Assembly: GCF_025370715.1 (NCBI RefSeq)
Contig: NZ_JAMXEY010000002.1
Source of the DNA: Laspinema olomoucense D3d
Lineage (GTDB): Bacteria; Cyanobacteriota; Cyanobacteriia; Cyanobacteriales; Laspinemataceae
Reading direction: 5' to 3' (one strand)
Length of the DNA stretch: 64,000 nucleotides
Part shown: piece after piece, positions 61,295 to 64,000 of the stretch
Position numbering within the stretch: position 1 is the stretch's first letter
How the letters are laid out: each line of letters starts with the position of its first letter
Made by a program: the position numbers and the translations under genes
The notes under the pieces: model-generated
Databases searched by the model: none
Told to the model about the DNA's origin: nothing
What the model saw: only the letters and a program-made list of their open reading frames with translations

Positions 61295-61328
61295 GTGGGG
61301 CGATCGGCCCCACTTCTTCTACATTTTT
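61295..61328. terminator. Bidirectional intrinsic terminator between convergent genes
   Basis: Hairpin gtggggc-gatcg-gccccac flanked by aaaa upstream and ttcttctacattttt downstream, so it functions on both strands. Confidence 0.55.
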
Positions 61329-61368
61329 AGAATAAAAACCAGTTTCCGGTTACGTCTTATCGAGTTAC

Positions 61369-61842
61369 TTATTCTTTGGGAGAAACCTCGATATCAGGAT
61401 TCGTGCAAAAATCTATGGCAGTCGCCATGCCTTCTGTCCCATCTTCACTGCGAGTAAAGACATCATAGAGACACGGGTCTCCATCTTTCCAGTCTTCATC
61501 GGCCCACTCAAATTGATCCTTACCCCCCGGTTCGATGGGCTCGACTAGGATACTGTCGCCCCATGCGGTCTCGTCAGTATCATCGACATAAAGTTCGGTA
61601 ATCGGGCTACCTGTATTATTAGTAACCGTAAATTGATATTGAGCGCTGCTCTCCTCAGTCTCCTCTTGAGCACTGCTCTCCTCAGTCTCCTCAGCTTCCT
61701 CAGCGCGGACGACTGTAGTAGTCACCAGAGGTAGGCATAATGCCAACCCAATGAGCAGAGAACGGAAGGACAGATTAACCATAAAGTTTGAGTTCATTAT
61801 ACACCCTCCTTGAGGGCCTACTGAAAATGTGTTAAATGACAT
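61369..61842 (-). CDS. Small secreted acidic protein, unknown function
   Basis: Signal peptide (likely true start MNSNFMVNLSF... at 61797), Glu/Asp-rich mature region with EETEESSAQ duplicated. Confidence 0.45.
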   Translation of the reverse strand: MSFNTFSVGPQGGCIMNSNFMVNLSFRSLLIGLALCLPLVTTTVVRAEEAEETEESSAQEETEESSAQYQFTVTNNTGSPITELYVDDTDETAWGDSILVEPIEPGGKDQFEWADEDWKDGDPCLYDVFTRSEDGTEGMATAIDFCTNPDIEVSPKE

Positions 61843-62098
61843 TCTATCATTCCTTTTCCATTTGTCAATCCCCTTTTCTAAAAAACAGTCAGGCTGGAAA
61901 GAAAGGATTTGGATCCTGCCCTCAGCTAAAAGCCAAAATCAGAAATGCCCCAAAGTGTGCTTCGCAATACTTTTCCACAGAAATATTATTCCAGGAACAC
62001 CCAGGAGGCTATCGGGGAACTATAATTTCTGTAGAACTTCAATAATTTTTTTATCCCTTTCTCAGGTTTTTACTTATTAACGGAATTCAAAAAAATTA

Positions 62099-62647
62099 AT
62101 GAGCCAAAATTCTCAATTAATTAAAATTAGTAAATATCTCAGCTATCACTTGCGACACCATCCCGAGGAAATCGGATTAGAACTGGAACCCGGGGGCTGG
62201 GTTGCGGTGGAAGCCTTATTAGCAGCAGCACAAGCTCACCAGTACCCCATCACCCGATCGCAACTGGATTTAGTCGTAGAAACGAACAATAAACAGCGCT
62301 TTTCCTTCGATTCCACCGGCACTCGCATTCGGGCGAATCAAGGGCATAGTATTCCGATAGATTTGCAACTCAAACCCCGTTGTCCGCCGGATATCCTCTA
62401 TCATGGCACGAGAGATCAAGCGGTTGAGTCAATTCTGGCCCAGGGATTACAAAAAAAAGCCCGCCATCATGTTCATTTATCTCCCGATATTGACACCGCC
62501 AGACAGGTGGGAATGCGTCACGGTAAACCTGTGGTATTCATCATTAAAGCTGCCGAAATGTACCAAAATGGCCATTTATTTTACTGTTCCGATAATGGAG
62601 TTTGGCTGGTGGATGAAGTTCCGCCAGAATATCTGGTTTTGGCCTAA
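62099..62647 (+). CDS. kptA: RNA 2'-phosphotransferase Tpt1/KptA family
   Basis: 182 aa. LSYHLRHHPEEIGL...RIRANQGHS...YHGT...HVHLS, conserved Tpt1 R-H-R-R tetrad context. Confidence 0.8.
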   Translation: MSQNSQLIKISKYLSYHLRHHPEEIGLELEPGGWVAVEALLAAAQAHQYPITRSQLDLVVETNNKQRFSFDSTGTRIRANQGHSIPIDLQLKPRCPPDILYHGTRDQAVESILAQGLQKKARHHVHLSPDIDTARQVGMRHGKPVVFIIKAAEMYQNGHLFYCSDNGVWLVDEVPPEYLVLA

Positions 62648-62760
62648 ACCGAACTTCAATGAAATAGATAGAGGAGTGGGAGCGTCTCGCTCCCTAACAT
62701 CTGCTGAAATTAGCCAGAATTCAGGGGAAAATTAGGGAAATTAGTTTTGGAGAAAAGCCT

Positions 62761-63615
62761 ATGAAAAATATTCGTCATCTCCTTAAAGAATTGGCGGCTC
62801 AAGAGTCTGATTTGCCGGGAAAACAGTTTCTCGCGCCAGCGGTCCAGGGGGGACGAGTCAGACTGCGAATGTCGGGGATAATTTATACCTTTGAGATTGA
62901 GCCCAGAGGGTTTGAAGGTTGGGGAATTTTTAAGGCGACTGCCCCTGGAAAAGCCCAGCTAATGGAACCCGCAGCGTTCCTACAAATTGCCCAATATTTA
63001 GAGCAATTTCCCCAGGCGCGGTTGTGGCTAACTTACCCGCTGCGTGGTCAAACTTGGTTAGCTTATCCCATGAATGAATCAGACTGGCGTCAGCGCACGG
63101 GAACGGTCAAACCCGTAGTCGTTCATTTAGTAGGAGAAGGGGGAAAGTTTGAACCCGTTGTGGTGCGTTGGGATGGCAAAAATGGCTGGTTTGAAGCCTG
63201 CGATCGCCGTGCCGACCCACTACCTACGGAACAGCTTAGAACCGAGTTAAAGCGCTTAACCCACCCCAAAAACTTGAGTTTTAAAGGACTGACTCCAGAA
63301 ATGCGCACGGTTTACGAACAAGTCGCCACCAAAATGGCAAAATTTAATCCCAATTGGCAGCACTACCAGGATGAAAAACGGTTACAAGCGGCGCTGAAAA
63401 TGGGCGGAGGCGAGTTACAGAGCTTTCAGGAAAGTGGTGATGAATATTGGACTGTTCACTGGACTACCCGGACTGGGGAACAGCATACTTCAGCGATTTG
63501 TAAACAAGATCTAACCGTGTTCAGTTCTGGAATTTGCTTGAGCGGACGGGACCGCGATTTTGATTTACAATCCCTGATCGGGGTAATTGAAAATCAGGAT
63601 GAATGGTTTGATTGA
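62761..63615 (+). CDS. Hypothetical protein (284 aa)
   Basis: ORF only. Trp-rich. No motif recognised. Confidence 0.45.
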   Translation: MKNIRHLLKELAAQESDLPGKQFLAPAVQGGRVRLRMSGIIYTFEIEPRGFEGWGIFKATAPGKAQLMEPAAFLQIAQYLEQFPQARLWLTYPLRGQTWLAYPMNESDWRQRTGTVKPVVVHLVGEGGKFEPVVVRWDGKNGWFEACDRRADPLPTEQLRTELKRLTHPKNLSFKGLTPEMRTVYEQVATKMAKFNPNWQHYQDEKRLQAALKMGGGELQSFQESGDEYWTVHWTTRTGEQHTSAICKQDLTVFSSGICLSGRDRDFDLQSLIGVIENQDEWFD

Positions 63616-63697
63616 TTTTTTCACCTGTTTTTTGCTGTAATTAATCAGAAAAATGTCGATTTATTTTCATGAACAACTCTATAGAACGCCGGAAGTC

Positions 63698-64000
63698 ATG
63701 GGGAAACTTCAGGAATTTCCGGTGACAATTTGTGGGGCGGGTGCTTTGGGTGCGAATCTGACTGAAAGTTTAGCTCGCAGTGGCTTACAACGGCTCTCGG
63801 TGATTGATCGCGATCGCATTGAGGAGCGCAATCTTTCCACCCAGCCTTACTATCGTTCAGATATTGGCGCATTTAAAGCCAAAATTTTAGCCAACAGTCT
63901 CTATCGCGCCGTCGGGATTAAACTGGATATCCAAACTAAAGAATTGACTCCCGAAAATGCCAGTAAACTTATCGCGAGTCAAACTGCCTTAGTTATCGAT
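63698..64000 (+). CDS. ThiF/MoeB/HesA-family E1-like adenylyltransferase; partial, runs off right edge
   Basis: MGKLQEFPVTICGAGALGANLTESLARSGLQRLSVIDRDRIEERNLSTQPYY... nucleotide-binding Rossmann of E1-like enzymes. Confidence 0.7.
   Translation, partial: MGKLQEFPVTICGAGALGANLTESLARSGLQRLSVIDRDRIEERNLSTQPYYRSDIGAFKAKILANSLYRAVGIKLDIQTKELTPENASKLIASQTALVID

Noticed and set aside
1-64000. CRISPR arrays, tRNA, rRNA or tmRNA genes
   Set aside because: No evenly spaced direct repeats with unique spacers and no tRNA-like T-arm/acceptor pattern. The tmRNA 5' end and 16S/23S signatures were not found on reading the intergenic regions.

Overview
This 64 kb window looks like chromosomal DNA from a cyanobacterium. 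The octamer GCGATCGC (HIP1) occurs dozens of times, both inside and between genes, GC is about 50 %, and many encoded proteins are typical of cyanobacteria (hybrid PAS/GAF histidine kinases, pentapeptide-repeat protein, CHAT protease, membrane-anchored Mn-SOD). The window is gene-dense (about 45 CDS) and no rRNA, tRNA or CRISPR array was recognised.

Main blocks, in order:
- Ion homeostasis (1-7.2 kb): partial mgtE, two CPA-type Na+/H+ antiporters (one fused to a UspA domain) and a CrtI-family FAD oxidoreductase.
- Small-molecule catabolism (7.5-10.9 kb): saccharopine-dehydrogenase-family protein, aldehyde dehydrogenase and FMN reductase. A class-III aminotransferase and a DUF1338 protein follow at 22.3-24.7 kb.
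- Signalling (10.9-22 kb): 11 kb of consecutive minus-strand genes. These are a PAS hybrid kinase, a CheY/CheC pair and two giant hybrid kinases that share a duplicated HisKA-HATPase-REC module.
- Others: ureC; a secreted CHAT protease with repeat-encoded linkers plus a beta-barrel protein; VapBC; a PEP-synthase-like enzyme; comF; ribokinase; three tandem paralogous small membrane proteins; a SWIM zinc-finger protein; an orphan TpsA-type exoprotein; PQQ glucose dehydrogenase; sodA; a glycogen-debranching-type glucosidase; Tpt1/KptA; a partial ThiF/E1-like gene.

The stand-out is a full-length, colinear homolog of the eukaryotic major vault protein (30680-33328) sitting as a resident, HIP1-bearing cyanobacterial gene. 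That makes a candidate bacterial vault particle. A second candidate system is an AT-rich islet (about 51.0-53.1 kb) carrying an overlapping AAA-ATPase + DUF4276 (Toprim-like) gene pair, which resembles OLD/AbiL/PARIS-type antiphage modules.
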